64,000 nt of DNA from Ramazzottius varieornatus (GCA_001949185.1 BDGG01000001.1:8688721-8752720), one strand, 5' to 3'. Counted from the stretch's first letter, positions 38,662 to 53,700 are shown. Notes: generated from the letters alone by a model not told the origin. Numbers and translations are program-made.

Positions 38662-41600
38662 TCAGGCTGAAAAATTACCGGCTTTCTGGGCTTGTTCGCC
38701 TTCCTCCGTTTCGCTTTCGTCATCATCGCCGTCAGATTCGAAGCTGTCATCAGGGATGTCATAGAGGCGAAGGATTGGCTGAAGGATGAGAACGCGGTAG
38801 TAAAGCAAGGTCGTAAAAGGCTGACAAGAATGTTTCAAGAAACTTGTAGAAAAGGAACGAAAGACGGTACCTTGTTTGGATCTTTCATGATCAGATATTT
38901 GCCTTCTTCCAGGTCCATGCAGACCTTGACAATGTAGAAGAGGACACCCCAAGCATTGTCAAGATTCAAGTTGATATTGTTGGCGAACTCTTGTGGTCGG
39001 TATTGTTGAGTACCCAGAATGGCGTGCTGCGATGGATCTCGTGGATTCGTACGCGAAACAAACCTACACGAATTTGCCGAGTACCCATAAACATGTTGTA
39101 TTGATTCAGAACTTTTAAAGGTACAAAAGCTAAACATTCCATTATTTGGGAGCTCGGCAAACAACCTTGACAAGATTGCTTTTCCAAATGGCGCACCTGT
39201 CAGCTGATAAAGCCGAAGATACGCGCCACTTGGGAAAAACGCACATCACAGAATCGGTTTATTTTCTAGTGACGTACGCCTTCAGCCAGGACCAGTTGAA
39301 AGGTGCGTTACTTAAGACAACCGTTTTATCAAGATTATTACGCAGATGCCCAGCTCCCCTTCTGACAATTTCGAAATCAACGTACCCAACTTTCAGAGCA
39401 TCAGCACCAGCTAGCATAGCCGACAATGTCCACTTGGCCAGCTTGAAGCTGTTGTTCTTCAACTCGGTGGCCAGAACTGCACCGGGTTGGGTGTCGAGCT
39501 TCGACCTCCAGTCAACTCCCGAATACTACAAGAAGGCGCAGGATGTCAAGTCAGCTACACTGTAGAGGTAATAAGAGGAAGGTATAGTGCAAGGGACTTA
39601 CGCGAGGGTCCCACTCGTTAAGGGCTTTGATGTTGAGAAAGTTTATGTCTTGAGACGGTCCTGGTGTGGCTGCGTCCAGAGTACATCGCACCACCATGTT
39701 CAAGCCTTCTGCCAGTTGGAACTTGCGATACTTGTAACCGACACAAACGTTCTTGTCAAGGTCTTCGGTCGGAATAAAGGCGTTGGGCTCTTTGAACTTG
39801 TACCGCGGTTCGGCCTCAGTCGGCTAGAACAGCAGAAGAAAAGGTTAAAAATCAATAACAAATGCCCGCTCGCAAGCAAACTGGACCGGATTTTCTTCCC
39901 AAGTGGCGCATGTTTTCGGTGAAATTGGCTGAGAGCGTGCGGCACTTGGACAAACCATTTGGTCAAGTTTGCGTACCTAATTTCTAACAAGGGAGCGGTA
40001 AAATCCAGACTATAATACCAACAGAAAACGACGGTGGAACAAGTAAGCTAAATCTTGCAAAAAAAGACACAAACTTTTCGGAGAACTTGTTGAAGGAAAG
40101 TGTGGTTAACCAGCGTTGCTTCCAGTGATAAATTCTTCGGCGTGTTGACCGCGGCTCCTTCTTCCGTTGGAGTCTCGTTTGCTGTCTCATTAACCGTTAA
40201 GAAATCTGTGAGAGAACACAACTATCGTCGAAACAATCTTTAGATACAGAACCAAAGTAAGACAGACCTAGTTCGGAACGATTTCGCTTATCGAAGAAGA
40301 CTTTCTTCTTCTGCTCGTCAGATTTGCCCACAATCTGGACGATGATGTCCCAGGGGTAGACGGAACGCGAAGCGGCCATTAACGTGGAGATAATGGTATC
40401 GGTACCGAAGACAGTGTAGTTCGGGTCTTTCGACAACTGAAATTAGAAGCGAAATCACAAATAAGTCATAGACATGAAAACTTGAGGGTTCTGTGAGACC
40501 AGTGTACCTTTCGGATGACAGGATCGTCGGTCGTGGTGACATTCTTCAACAGCGGCTTATCGGAGCGTAACAGCGGCTTCTCCGACTTGACTGTAACACG
40601 ATCGTAAGCCTTGTCGTACCACTCGACGGCACCGCACGAGACGATATCTTGGCCGACGTCGATCTTGCCTCTCTCGTCAACGTCGCCCTTCATCGGCAAG
40701 TTTAGTTTCTGCATACGGGTAAAGTCCATGTCCTCGATGACCACCCAGTTTGCCTTGATCGGCACGGACGGCTCTCGTTGCTTCGTGTATTGCTGAAATT
40801 AAAAACCAACATGCAATCACCAGATTTGCATGGATCGACAGTTTTATCGACACAATACAGGGAGAATGTGCGATCTGTCATGAACCTAAAGACACTAAAA
40901 CGTACGAGTGGCGCGGTGCACTCGTATGCAGGTGCTCGAAATTTACATCAGACCATAATTTCATTTGTCTGACGCATGACGTCACAGCGTTATACAATAT
41001 GCCACGTACACCTGAGTGTATCAACGTGACATTCTGTGACGCCATGCTGCTCTATCGTACATCGCCACAACAGCACTGAATCAATCAATCTCTTACCCGA
41101 TTACGATTATAATCGTTACGTCCTCCACGCTGCATGAATCCTCCTCGTCGATTCTGTTGCTGGTTTTGCCTATTGAAACACGGCTGCCCTTTTGCAAACT
41201 TCAGGAAGCAAAGTACTACATGCTCAATCCTTTACCTGACATTTTGCTGGTTATCCGCTAAGTTGCGGAAATCTTTGTTGCGTTGCCGGCGGAAAGCCTA
41301 CAACGAAACCAACATATACAACGTCGCCGTTCAATATAAATGGAAACTATACGTACAAAAACGAAGCCGTACCTGGCTGCTACGGAACCGTCCCGCACCA
41401 CGGGTGTAGTAGGTCTTCACCGGCCGAGAAGTGTCTACCAGCTGGAAGGAGGCCTCGTCTTCTTCGTGGACGTAAGCGTACTGATCACCAGCTGGCACTG
41501 AGCCCTGACTGAAGCGTCCTTGGAAGCGCAAAGTTCCCGTCCAATCCGTAATCTATACACAACTGCATGTCATGGTGAATGATGAGCAAGGATACGTCTC

Positions 41601-41735
41601 ACTTACTCTTCCAATCGGCTCCGACTTGGAGAATGCTTGATACGGGACTTTGGTCAGCTCATCGGGCACTTTGCTAGGTCCCCACGAGTCGGGACTCGAC
41701 TCTACCGCCGGTAGTTGAAACGCAGCCATCTTCAT
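38662..41735 (-). CDS. EIF3D: Translation initiation factor 3 subunit D, multi-exon
   Basis: SWGP...[13 protein letters not shown]; [16 protein letters not shown]; [11 protein letters not shown]; RSVYPWDI; [15 protein letters not shown]; [12 protein letters not shown]|PILRLYDIP. Confidence 0.96.
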
Positions 41736-42102
41736 CGGGTATCAATCCTCTCCGGCCTTCCGGGTAACTGTACTGAACCTAAGCTTCCGGTCCCAAAACG
41801 ATCCTCCGGATTTTATCCAAAGAAGATTTTGACAGCGATCGGGCAAATTCACTATGACGTGGAGCGTGAAGCATGGCATGGCTTGCGTGCGCCTAAGTTG
41901 TTCGCGTTGTGGTGGGCGGTAGTGCCGTTTTTAGGAAGACGGGTTGATTGGACGTCTAACTTGATTGTCAAGAGTTCTTTTGCCATTGGGATTTTTGGGA
42001 GCTTTGGATTAAATCATTATTTTCTATTCTTCTCGTCGGAACTCGGAAGTTCGAAACTCCCAGCCTTTGGCTTGTTACAGTTTACTTGAAGTTTCGGATA
42101 CG
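41736..42102. promoter_or_regulatory. Probable bidirectional promoter eIF3d/SURF1
   Basis: Divergent start codons about 370 bp apart. Confidence 0.55.
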
Positions 42103-43656
42103 ATGGAAAAAGTTACAGTTGTGGTGCTGAAGTTCGCCAGAGCATCCGCATGGACGGCGAGGGGCTCAGGACGCCTAATATTTCTTCGCTCTATGCACGC
42201 TGAGCAGGTACAGTACGCCCCCAGTGTCTATTGACTATATTCAACGGAATATCTTCGTGAAAGGGAACCATCTGGTTTGTTCTAACGCTCGATTCATCAG
42301 GTGGCAAAGCCAGATTATTTTCGGCGCCAGGCGGACACTGCCAGGTCCAGAAACTACGCTTTACTGGTAAGAAATCAGTTGAATTCCCCAGAAGCCTTTC
42401 GTGTGCGCATGACGTCATTGGTTGCTACATTTAAATCAACCCGCGCCTGGCAGTTTTCACTTGACGACATTTGACGTCATGTTCGAGTCCACCGTAGGTG
42501 CTGCGGTGGTGAGATGTATTGTTCTCCAGAATACTCATCCTTCCTCATTTCTGCGTATGTGTTTGAAGGTGTTTCCCGCAGTAACATTCTGCTTAGGAGG
42601 CTGGCAGTTGTATCGACTACAATGGAAGTTGGGCTTAATCGACGAGCGGACATCGCGGATGCGCATTGCGCCCCTGACAATTGACGACCTTCCGGACGAG
42701 TAAGAATCCCTAAAGCACAGTCTCGTACTCTTTAACACGAAAACGGTTCGCAGCAGTGGCGTAACTTCTAGGCTGTTGGATTCCTAGTTTAGATAAGCTA
42801 CGAGAGATGGAATACCGTCGCGTTACAGTTACTGGTCAGTTCGACCACGACAACGAAATCTACCTGGCACCTCGAAGTCCGCTGAACAACACAGGAGGAG
42901 GTCTGATTTCCAGCTCTACCAACCACGGCGCGCATGTCATCACTCCCTTCAAGATCTCCAACACGAAGTGAGGACTTAACTATTGTTTCACAGTTGATGG
43001 ACCCTCGGCCAACAAAACTGGCGTGATTTTTTTCAAGTGGCGCACGCCTCCAGCCGATAACACTGGTAGCGTGCGCCACTCGCAAGATCGTTTTTTTCAC
43101 ACTTTCAGCCAATAACGCTAGATTTGCGCGCCACTTGGAAGAACAATATTTGTTGTTTCGCCGAATTCCCAGCTGTCAGTCCTTTTGTACTGAGACAGTT
43201 GCGTTCCCGTTTCGTAGTACCATAATACTGGTAGATCGCGGTTGGGTCGCCACCAACCGCATCAACCCATCGACCAGACCAGACGGGCAAGTACAGGGAG
43301 AAGTAACAGTCACGGGAGTCATCCGTAACTCTGAGAAGGCCAATAACTTCACACCGGACGTCCGAGCGGGATCGGCCAGCTTCCCTATCCGCGACATCGA
43401 CCAGATGGCCAGCCTCCGCCACACGTCGCCGGTCTTCCTGGAAGCAACCAAAGGTATGTGCCGAGAAAAGGAGTCAATGTGTCTGGCTTTTCAATGTCTT
43501 TTGGTAGCGAGCGACGTTCGAGGTGGTCCAGTCGGAGGACAGACGATCGTACAAATGCGCAACGAGCACCTCAACTACGCCATCACCTGGTACGCCCTCA
43601 GCGCCCTCAGTTTCGTTCTATGGTACCTGAAATACGTCAAGCGAAAAACATTTTAA
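42103..43656 (+). CDS. SURF1: SURF1 cytochrome c oxidase assembly factor, multi-exon
   Basis: Presequence-like exons, then PAVTFCLGGWQLYRLQWKLGLI; ILVDRGWV; GPVGGQT...RNEHLNYAITWY. Confidence 0.93.
42405..42481. repeat. Family C unit CATGACGTCA-N54-TGACGTCATG (SURF1 intron)
   Basis: Similar units at 4778-4849 and 40975-41046, both with 52-nt spacers. Confidence 0.65.
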
Positions 43657-44305
43657 TTCTCTTTGTCTGTGAATTCCTCCGGAAACTTTTACGAAGCTTA
43701 TCGACTTTGAAATTTTATCTGATTTGTGTATATTCTGCCAGTTTGCTTCTCTCACCACGTTGGTATGAGATGAGCATGAGAAAGTCAAGCACGCGAGAAA
43801 GATGAAGAAAGATGGAGAAAGTGCTGAAGAAGACAAGTATGGGTCATCTGGGCGTGTGCTGGGTTATGGTCAGCTTGTTGTACGTATAGCTGTATAAAGC
43901 CAAATCGGATAAAAAAGTGGGCCAGATGAGCTTGACCGGTCGATGTTTAAAATGCACAGTAATCCAACAATATCGTAATTTCCGTTGACTGCGTGGACGA
44001 TGCTGCATATATTATAATAGTTGTTACATCGCAACTTTCTGGTCACAAAGGTCTGCGCACCACGATAAAAACGATGGGTGCTCGGCAAAGCACAGTAACT
44101 AAACATGATTGTTTTCCCAAGTGGCGCACCTTGTCAGGGTTGTTGACTACCAGCGTGCGCCATTTGCAAACGATATTCGTTGAGTGTGTTTGCCGAAGTT
44201 GCAGAATAATCTTCTAACAGTTACTGTAAATGCAGTGTAAAGTCTTATACAAAGAGGGATAAAGTGAAGAAAAATGACGAAGCTGTGTATAGAGTTGGTG
44301 TGTAA

Positions 44306-47300
44306 TCAAGAACAGTCGGGAAGGACAGGCGCTACAGCCCATCCTCCGGCTGAAGGAAGGCTGCCCTGATTTGGGCGTGGCTGACAGTCCAGCGATTCCT
44401 GAAAGGGTAGAGTAAAGGCTGCTGGGGCATAACGGTGGTCAGGAAGCGGTACTGGGTAGCAGCTGTTGATGTACTGCGTGGGAGGGCCGTGAGGATGGGA
44501 CATGATGGCTTGTCCGTTGTGGCCATATCCGTTTGCAGGAGCGCTGTACTCATCAGACTTCTTGGCGTAGTAATAGCGAGGAATCCAGCCAGTCATCGGC
44601 TGGCAGACTGTGGCCACCGAGACGGGCTCGTTCAAGTACTGGCTAAAGTCTTCCTGCTCCACATTGCCCCGCTGCTTGACAAAGTGGCCGCTGGCCTCGG
44701 CTTCGTCGCTGCCCACCTGACCGATGGCCAGGTCGACATTGCAGTTGAAATAATCGTTGCTTTGTTGGCGCAGGAGACAATGCTCGCGAGCGCTCATCGC
44801 TGTCATGTCTGCCAAAAAGGATGTTTTTTTTATGTCCACATTTTTTTAAAATCTGAATGTTTTGCTCGAAGACCGTTTCTGAAAAAATCGACTGCCTCCG
44901 TTTTATCCTGCTTTTCGTTGGCTTTTTTCTACGATATTTCATTGGATTGAAAATCGAATTTACGACGGTTTCGTGTCCGTTTTTCGGTACGAATGTTTTA
45001 TTTTGTATTTACCTGGCTTGTTAGGGTGGCCGAGCCTGAAGCTTTCTGCTTCGAAATGGCCAGTGTGAAGATATGGCCTGTGAGGCGATGCCGCTGACGT
45101 CAGATGAGGGTTAGCTGTTTCCGATGAAGAGTCGTAGGAACTACCGGTGGACAAGGAGGATGTGGGTGTGCCGACGTCACGTTCGTTGGGCACAAAGCCC
45201 ATGTTGGTGTGTGGGCTGTTGCTGCTGCTGGTCGTCGCCATTTTCTGACCCTTCTTTCCCTTCGCCGCGCCACGTTTCTGGCTCGCTGTACCGCCATCGT
45301 CGAACTTGTCGGAGAGCTCGCTGGCCGAGCGCTTGGCACTTTTGCGACGACGGGGTTGATACTTGTAGTCCGGGTAGTCACGCTTGTGCTGCAGTCGAAG
45401 CTTCTCGGCTTCCAGGATAAAAGGCTCTTTTTCCTTGTGCCCAAGACGTCTGCAAAGTGGAGAATGGAAAAATATTCGATATCTTCTGGTCCAATAGATC
45501 CAAATTGAGCGCCTAATGCAGTGTTGCTTATTTGGGAGCTGGCCAACAAAGTACAAAAGATCGTTGATCAAGTGGCGCACTCTATCTGCCAACAACACAG
45601 TGAGCGTGCGCCACCTGGGTAAGCAATCAAACTTTACAAGGTCGTTTTTTTCCCCGTGGCGCAGGCTTCAGCTAATAACACTGACGACGTACGCCACTTG
45701 GTGAAACACGAAAAGACTCGAAAAGATCGTTTCTCTAAGTGGTGCACGTTTTCAGCCGACAGCAATGTTAACGTACGCCACTTGAGAAAACAAATTTGTC
45801 GAGTTTGTTTGCCAAATTCTTGTATATTCCCCTTCACTGCCACGCCCATCATTTCCTCCTCTTGCGACCTAGATTTAAAGCGCTTTTTCTCTGTGATCCT
45901 CTATCGATGTAGAACGATACACGGTTCACTGCTTTCAAACTACGCCCATTCAAAGCAAGAAAATAATTCGCATCGTCATTTCGATAAATTTCCCCAAAAT
46001 TTAATCCAGCGAAGAATTTTATGATATATACTTGCAGAATTATAAAAGAGAGCAGCGTAAAGTTTCACACAGCTTGCTTTGCACTGTAGCTGTTCCGATC
46101 TGTGTAAATAATTACGGCTGCCTGCGTGGAAAGATTAGAGGGAACCTTATATGGTGCTGTGTCATCTGCTGTTGGCTCTACACGACAATGCAAAATATTC
46201 GCATTTGACAATGCCTATACGCCCATTGATGTCGCCAAACCTGCTCGCAATGTTTGGCGACTTCGTGTGCCTTGCAATCAAAGTCTACTAATCCCCCTAA
46301 ATGGATTAATCTTTCTGCATCAGCAAGAAAGTCCAAGATTTACTCGCACCTTCTCGCATTTCTGCCCATTCAGCACAGACATTCGACAACCACTTCAGGC
46401 AATAATAAAGACCCATAAGGTCCAAATTAAGCCCATTCGCCAAGAAAGTTGTTAATCCGGTTGGAATGTAGCTTAAAACTTCGAATACGATAAAAACAGG
46501 GAGCTCGGCAAACTGAACAAGATTGCTGTACCAAGTGGCGCACTTTGTCGGTGTATTCTGTGGCAAGCGTGCACCACTTGAAAAAAAATATCCAGGAAGA
46601 ACCGTGCAGCGGCCGTTTTCAACACAGAAAACTCAAGTCAAAGTTGAGATTGGCTAACCGTACGCTATTTGATGGTCGAACCATCTCTTTTGGTCCCGTT
46701 CTCCGTTTTCCCTAAGATCGAAGGGCGGAAAGAAATTCTGGCACCTTTGGGGGTGGGATAAGAAGGTGTTAATCGGATGACACGCATATCTGGTTAGGAA
46801 GTAAGCGTGACGCCTAATGGGTAAAGCTGGAGCAATACCTGTTATTGGTCACGGTACAGTCGCGCTTTGTCAATGACCCTTGCAATGACCGCCTATGACC
46901 TTTCCATATGATAAAAAGTGGCCTGTCCAACGCTAACTACTATTTGTTTGTCGACAAAAGCAAAAAACCGCCCCATTTCACCTGTATATAAAAGGTAGGG
47001 AGGAGTGCAGAAGATATAATTACAGGAGCGATCTAGATCAAGCCGCGCAGAGACACTTCAAACGGGCGAAATGATCGATACACGTGTGACGAATTATGTA
47101 TCATTGAGATGGACAAGCTGTAATTAGTTGTTGCTTGACACTGTGATTTAATGGCGCGCGTGCACCACTTTTCACCCCTTTTCTAATCTACTTCGTGATA
47201 CGCATACATCTTCAAACTTTCGCGAAGGGCCTTCGGAAAACCCACCCACGATAGACTATATGTCCGAGGATGACCAGAAAACGCCCATGTGGGAAACGCC

Positions 47301-49137
47301 CTTTCGCATCTCGTTGGGCAGAAAATGTCCAATACACTTTGCGTAAAACTGTCGAGGTTTAACTAAAAATATATTTATCCTTTATGAGTAGGCATTCAGT
47401 TTTTGAAATTAAGCTAATTCTAGGAGAGGATCTGTGGGCGCTTGCAGTATGCCTATAATGATTAATGGTCAAGTGGTGGCGCGCTTCGCTCATCTTAACG
47501 ATCTTGTCCATGCGCAACTTTCCATCGAACATTTGGACGGTTATTACGGTTCGGCGGCAAGTCATTCAGATCAAACGCCAAGACGCAAGTGTCACTTATT
47601 TATGACTTAAATGTGCGTCAGTCGCGATCGCTGCATTTCAGTCCATACAACATCCTTCAAGAACAAATTTAAACTTGCGCTGTTTATTTGCCTTTGCAAC
47701 TTCCAGCTTTTCCACGCACTTGCCGTCAGTTAAAAGACGGTCGCAACATCTTTCAAACTTTCTTGCATGGCAAGAGTATCAATCATACACACACGTGTAT
47801 GCCGCTTATCTTAATTGTCAGCCTGGAGCTCGATGAACAAGCTCGACGAGATGTCTTCGAGATGGCGCAGGCAGTCAATCTTATTGCTCGGAATCGAGCG
47901 CTACTTGGGAAACGATCAAACTCAACAAGACTGTGTTTATAGAGTGACTTTTTGGTATTATTGCATGGCAGCCTGCGCGACTTGGAAAAACAATTATTGC
48001 GAGGGTGTCTCTCAAGTGGCGCACATTATTAGTACCTTCGGTTGGATACGTGCGCCACTTGATCGAAACAACCATGCGAATCTTGTTTTTCCAAGTGGCG
48101 CGCAATGTCAGTGTTATTGGCTCGGAGCGTGCGCCAGTCCGAGCAACGATCTCGTCGCGTTTGTCTGTTTAGGTCTCATTTGCGAAAATGTTTCGATGGA
48201 CATTTGAGGTTGCAATGGGCAGTGAAGCGAGCCGAGCTTGAAGACATGTGGCAGAAATTAGCGCGTCGTCAACGATGGCTCGGTCTAAATCGAGCTCACG
48301 CTTTACAGGCCAACAGTTCAGCATGTCAAGCTAGGAGGAATATCCTTTACGACATCCTTCACCCTACTTTTTCCTCAGAAATGCCTACCGCGCTTCGTTA
48401 CTTTCAATTACTTCCGACGCGCTCGGGGCATAAAGTTCTGGAAAATATTTCACACAAGAACTTACTTCCAGAAGAGACCGAGGGTCTTGGAGAGCTCGGC
48501 ATTGTGAAGGTGTGGTTCTCTCTCGGCCAGCCGTTTCCGTGCAGCTTGCGCCCAGACCATGAATGCATTCTGAAACAAAAGGAAAAATCTCTCGTTATAG
48601 TGCAACCTGGTACCACAGCACCACCTCAGAAATTCAAATCGAATTCTGTGCCAGCGCATACGGCGTAGTGAAACAACCTGGCCACTTTTTTCTACGGTAT
48701 CTTGTGACAATTGTTCTACTGTACCACCTGACCAGTTTCAGAAGATATTCTAAACGTGCAGGCCTCATGCAGCGTATTTGTACCGGGCGAAATAATACAG
48801 TGAAAATTCGAAGGAGGAAGTGGAACATGACTATATTATGTCGGCGGACTGATCCGTTGAGGTCGCAAGACGCTTAAGCTGTAAATCTTACCGAGGAAGT
48901 AAAGAGCTAGGAAAACGTGGTGGTTGTTGCACTTACCATGGGTCGTTTGACGTGGGTACGGGGTTTGCCGGTGGCTGTCTTGCGTGGTGGAATGGGAATG
49001 GCTTTCCAGTCGCAGGCATCGAAGAACTTGTCCACCGCTTCGCTGACCGTGCTGACCACCGGACTCATGGAACATCCCGAGTCGAACAGGCCGGCCGTAT
49101 CGTCTTCACCAAGCGGCCCATCGTGCAGGTCATTCAT
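44306..49137 (-). CDS. SoxE: SoxE-group HMG transcription factor (Sox8/9/10-like), 4 exons
   Basis: Dimerisation motif [14 protein letters not shown]; HMG box HVKRPM|[35 protein letters not shown]|[36 protein letters not shown]. Confidence 0.92.
45531..45822. mobile_element. Representative full family-A element (foldback/MITE-like) with three tandem core units, in the SoxE intron
   Basis: Left end tttgggagctggccaacaaa, cores at 45569, ~45653 and 45737, right end gtcgagtttgtttgccaaattc. Confidence 0.6.
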
Positions 49138-50760
49138 CTTCCACAGAACCAAGTCTGGTGCAGATACAAAAACAGTCAGTTGGGGAGCGGCCGAAAGAGG
49201 AAACTTAATTTTTTGAGCTGAAGGGAAAACGTGATCGATTTGGCAAGAATTTACCACGGAAGGGGGTAATCTTTCTGGCGTGGAAAAAAACGCTTGGCGA
49301 TCCGTAACACAAATAGAAAAGTGCGAATGAATAGCTTCGATTGAAGTTACTTGATCAAAGAGGCCGTAGAGTGCCAGTGGATTGTAAAGAAAACAAATTT
49401 GAGGCGTCGGTGGAGAGTGGAAGGGCGGAACCATCCGCTTAGCTGCTCTTCTCCACATCGCACTACCATCAAGCATCACGCCTGACAAACATCACTGATA
49501 GCCAATCCGCACAGTCGTCGGACACTACCGAGCAACGATAACCCAACCCTACTACCAACACCAAGCCATGTTGCCAGTTTCACGACGAAACCCGACAAGA
49601 TCGTTCTTTCAAGTGGCGCACACTCTCAACAATCAATTTATTATTAGCTCCTCTGCCGGTTATCCAATGTATCTACAAGATGATACTCGTAAAATGACGA
49701 TGTATACTCTACCATGTCCGTCTCATTTCAGCGTCATTGACCGCGGCGGAGGACTTGCCATCAAGAGATCCGACCTTTGCTTCCAGTCGCAGGCGAGTCA
49801 AGAACCACATGACCAAAACAGATGAGTACAATCATTGTATATTTTGTTGTCGGTTTCTCCGTTGGTGTATTTGACTTTCTTATATATTTCTTCCTTGGGC
49901 AAAACGATGGCCAGCGGAAGACTTGAACGAAGAATCGCTACTGTAACATCTGCAGGCTTTACGTCCAACCAAGGGGAGAAGGAAGAAGAAGCGTGTTGCG
50001 GCGCACGCTGACACTTGATCGAGGCGATGGACCAATTTCAAATTTATGATTGCGGCATGTTCCGACGTTACTCTTGTATGTCATGGACATATTAGGCACC
50101 ATGAGCCAAGAGTAACTGGACGAAAGTCAACACATGCAAAGTGTAGCCGCGGTTTCTTTTCATGTTTGGACGGATGACGAAATCAGAGGCCACTTGCCGC
50201 CGTCATATTCATCATCTCTTCCAACATTCAAAACTCCCTACACAAATTATCAACACATGTTCGTTCTAATATACTTCCACCATAAAAGACGAGCCGCCGC
50301 GCCTTGCGTCCATCACCACAGATGTTACAAGTTACATGATCTAAAGCCTCAACCTCCGACACACAAACACACTTTTCACATCACTCCCAAAGAATAAACT
50401 TTACCTTTTCCATCCGTCAATGCACAGCAATGCATAACAATTCACACTAAAAAACACTTCAAAAAAGAATCTGTACAAAACACGCCATCAGAATCACATG
50501 TGGTAAGTCTAGAGACAATATACCGGTACAGATCACAAACCTGCATACAGCAAGCCATGCCCGAGCAATGGCGGAGCAGTATCCAGTTTCGTGCAACGCC
50601 ACACATCTCACGGACCTGCATACAGCAAAATGCATATTCAAGATGCCAAAACTGTACGCAGTTCGTGCAAGACCGGTACATGAATTTTGTGGACCTTCCA
50701 ATCACTTCGAATAAAACAAAGAATGAAAAAAATATTGTGGAAGCTTACAGAGGAATGTTT

Positions 50761-53700
50761 TCAGCTAGAAAGGCTGTCGTTATCGCTCAAATCCCATATT
50801 TCCGTATTTTCCGATTCTTTGTGGAGTTCAGTCAGACCGGTCAAGTCTTCGAGCAACGAAGCGGATCCGTTGAACACCTCGAAGAGGAAGTCCTGGCCTC
50901 GTTGCTCGTAGTTTGTGAGAATAACTTCCGAGCAGGCCGTACACTTGTCAAAGGCGGTGGTGGCCGGAAGGACAGTGTTGTGCGTGGACAAGAAGCCCCG
51001 CATCTGGTGCGGAACGATGCCCAACGGCGATTCCACATCGTCATCTTCACTGCCCTTCGCATCAAACGGCGCATACGCCCTGTTTTAAAAAAAACTCAAC
51101 TGACTTGAGTTCACATCCCACACCAAACGACCCTTTCGACAAAATCGAAAATTGTTCCAAAAACACTTACTGATAAGTAGAAAAACCAGTCGAAATAGGT
51201 TTGGACAAACTTTGATTTGGGAATCAAATTAAACTTCGGAAAGGTCCAGATCGAGACCATAAACTAGAAGATCTCGAGTGTTTAGCCAAGCAGACCTTGG
51301 AGCTCGGGGAAAAAACCGCCACAAAACTGTTTACCCCAAGTTGCGCTTGTCGTCGGTGTTGCCGACTGGAAGCGTGCGCCACTTGGGAAAGCCAGGAATT
51401 TGTTTACTTTAGGTTCCGTTTAACGTTCCGTAATTTGAAAGGTAAATAGCTAAGTCCATGGAGTAATATAGAATTTACTAACCCTTTGGGATGGGTAAGT
51501 AGGGTGACGAGGAGCTCCACGGCCAGTGCCGAGGCAATCATGGCGACGCCAGGCCTCGTCACCGTGCACTGCTGATCCAGTGTCCGGTCCTTGGTGGAGT
51601 TGCCCGGTGCCACCACATCGTTACAGAAGTAACAACCTAACTGCCGATACTGGGGCATTTTCGCTGCCACACGTTGGCTAACTCGCATGCCGTGCCTCAT
51701 AACCAGAAAGGAATCGAAGCCCAGTGCAGCGTTGATGACAATCTACAGCGAACATAAGCGGGAGCTCGACAATCACACTCGATAAAACTGCTACCCCAAG
51801 TGGCGCAACTCTACGGTATTAACGGCTGGAAGCGTGCGCCACTTCAGAACACAATCGAACTCGACGAGATCATTTATCCAAGTGGCGCACATTTCCTATG
51901 TTCTTGGTTGGTAGCGTACGAAACTTGGAAAAAGATCTTATCGAGTTTGCTTGGTTTTGGACTCACGTACACTTCCAGCCGCTAACATTGTAAAGGTGGT
52001 TAACACTGAAAAGAGGCGATTCTGTCCAGTTTGTTCGCCTACGTTCCAAGTATGTTATTATCGTGACTGATCCAATATGGAAAAACACGTAGGAGAATTC
52101 ACCAACCTTTTCTTTCGCGGCAGCAATGACCGTGGGTAACCACCGACTTTCCCGAGTGTCCATCAGTAGAAACACCACATGGCTTTCGTCGATCAGCCGC
52201 TCAAGCTGGGTGATGGTCTCTACGACTTCCTTCCGCATGCCGGTAGGAACAGAATGACCGGGCATGGGAATGTTCATCTGGACACCCCGAGCGTTCTGCA
52301 ACCAACCATCAGTTGAGGTTTTGAAATAAGCAAACTACCATACAATGGGCATATCCTGGGCGTAGCGGGAAGGAGAAAGGAAGACAGACTTACCACACCG
52401 GGATAAATTCGTTTGACCGCTTGAACAGCAGCTTGGGATTTTGGCAAGCCATTCTCGATACAGTCGTCGAAGGTGAAAAGGCTTTGTCGGACTGGGTTTG
52501 AGTAAGAAACGCGAGCGTTATCCACGAATGTCAAATTCATCATTCCCCAACCCTTAAAATACAGTATAAAAATACAGATCCACCTCAACAAACTCTACAC
52601 ATGAAACGACGAACCAAAGTACCCGGCTCAACTCGTGCATAGCCTGCTGAAACTCGCCCGTTCAATGCACCACTTCAATGAAACTTACCATCAAGCAGCG
52701 AGCGACGTTACAGCCTAGCGTCCCCGAGCCCAACAGCAGCACCTTAGTTCCATGAAGTAGTGTCAGGTCGAGCTGGGGTACCAAGCGCCACTTCATCAGC
52801 TTCAGGTTGAGGGCAACAGCCTGCTCGGCCAGTTTCTGCGGGTCCATCTGCGAACTCAGATCGACCATTCTGGGCTGTAGCCGGCCTTTCTCATCACGCT
52901 CCCATCCGACAGTCCGCGGTGTCTGAGGAATTTCTCGAACTGCAATTCAGAAAATGGTAACTGAAGAGCCAACATGAGTTACAAGCTGCGTAGACAAACG
53001 TCGACAAAGCCGGTATTTCCAAGCGACGCACAACACCGAAAGCGTACGCCGAAACAATCGAACTCGACAAGATCATTTTCCAAAGTTCAGCGCACGCTCA
53101 TCGCCAAAAAGACCGCAAACGTGCGCCACTTGGGAATAATCTTGCCAAGTTCTTTGGCTAGACTTCCATTTTGCTGAACAGGGAGATGAACCTACGTTAC
53201 CTAACCGTCACATACTTTGATCAGGCGTAAATACGACGCGCAAGTCCATAACGATACTGTGGTCGATGTCTGTTTGACCGTTCAGAACGCGCTTGCGGAG
53301 AGACACCAGCTGGATACGGTGATGTTGAGCATGGGAACGGACGTAGTACGCGTAGAGGGCGAGAATGTTTCGAGCGGGCCATCCTGGGTTGTCTTTTTGT
53401 GCTGAACCATCGCAGACACATAGCGTAATCTAAAAAACATTCCAGCGAGAGTATTAAAATTAGTAATGATGAAAATTGGTAAAAAAAGCAAACAGACTCG
53501 AAAAGATAATTTTCCCAAGTGGCGCATACCGTCAGCCATTAGTACTAGAAAAGGATATTTTCCAGTTTGTTCGCCGAGCCCTAAATTAGTAATACCATTC
53601 ACATATTTAGACACTATTTCAATGACATATTCGAACGGTTTCTGTGCGATGATAACTACGGAATTTCTTGCCTTTCCTGTTTTGCTCAGCAGAGCAGGAA

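Noticed and set aside
40972-41048. H/ACA snoRNA in the eIF3d intron
   Set aside because: Only one hairpin is present, better explained as a family C unit.
50500-51108. 202-aa plus-strand ORF
   Set aside because: It overlaps the ATG7 last exon in antisense and family B repeats, and shows no homology signal.
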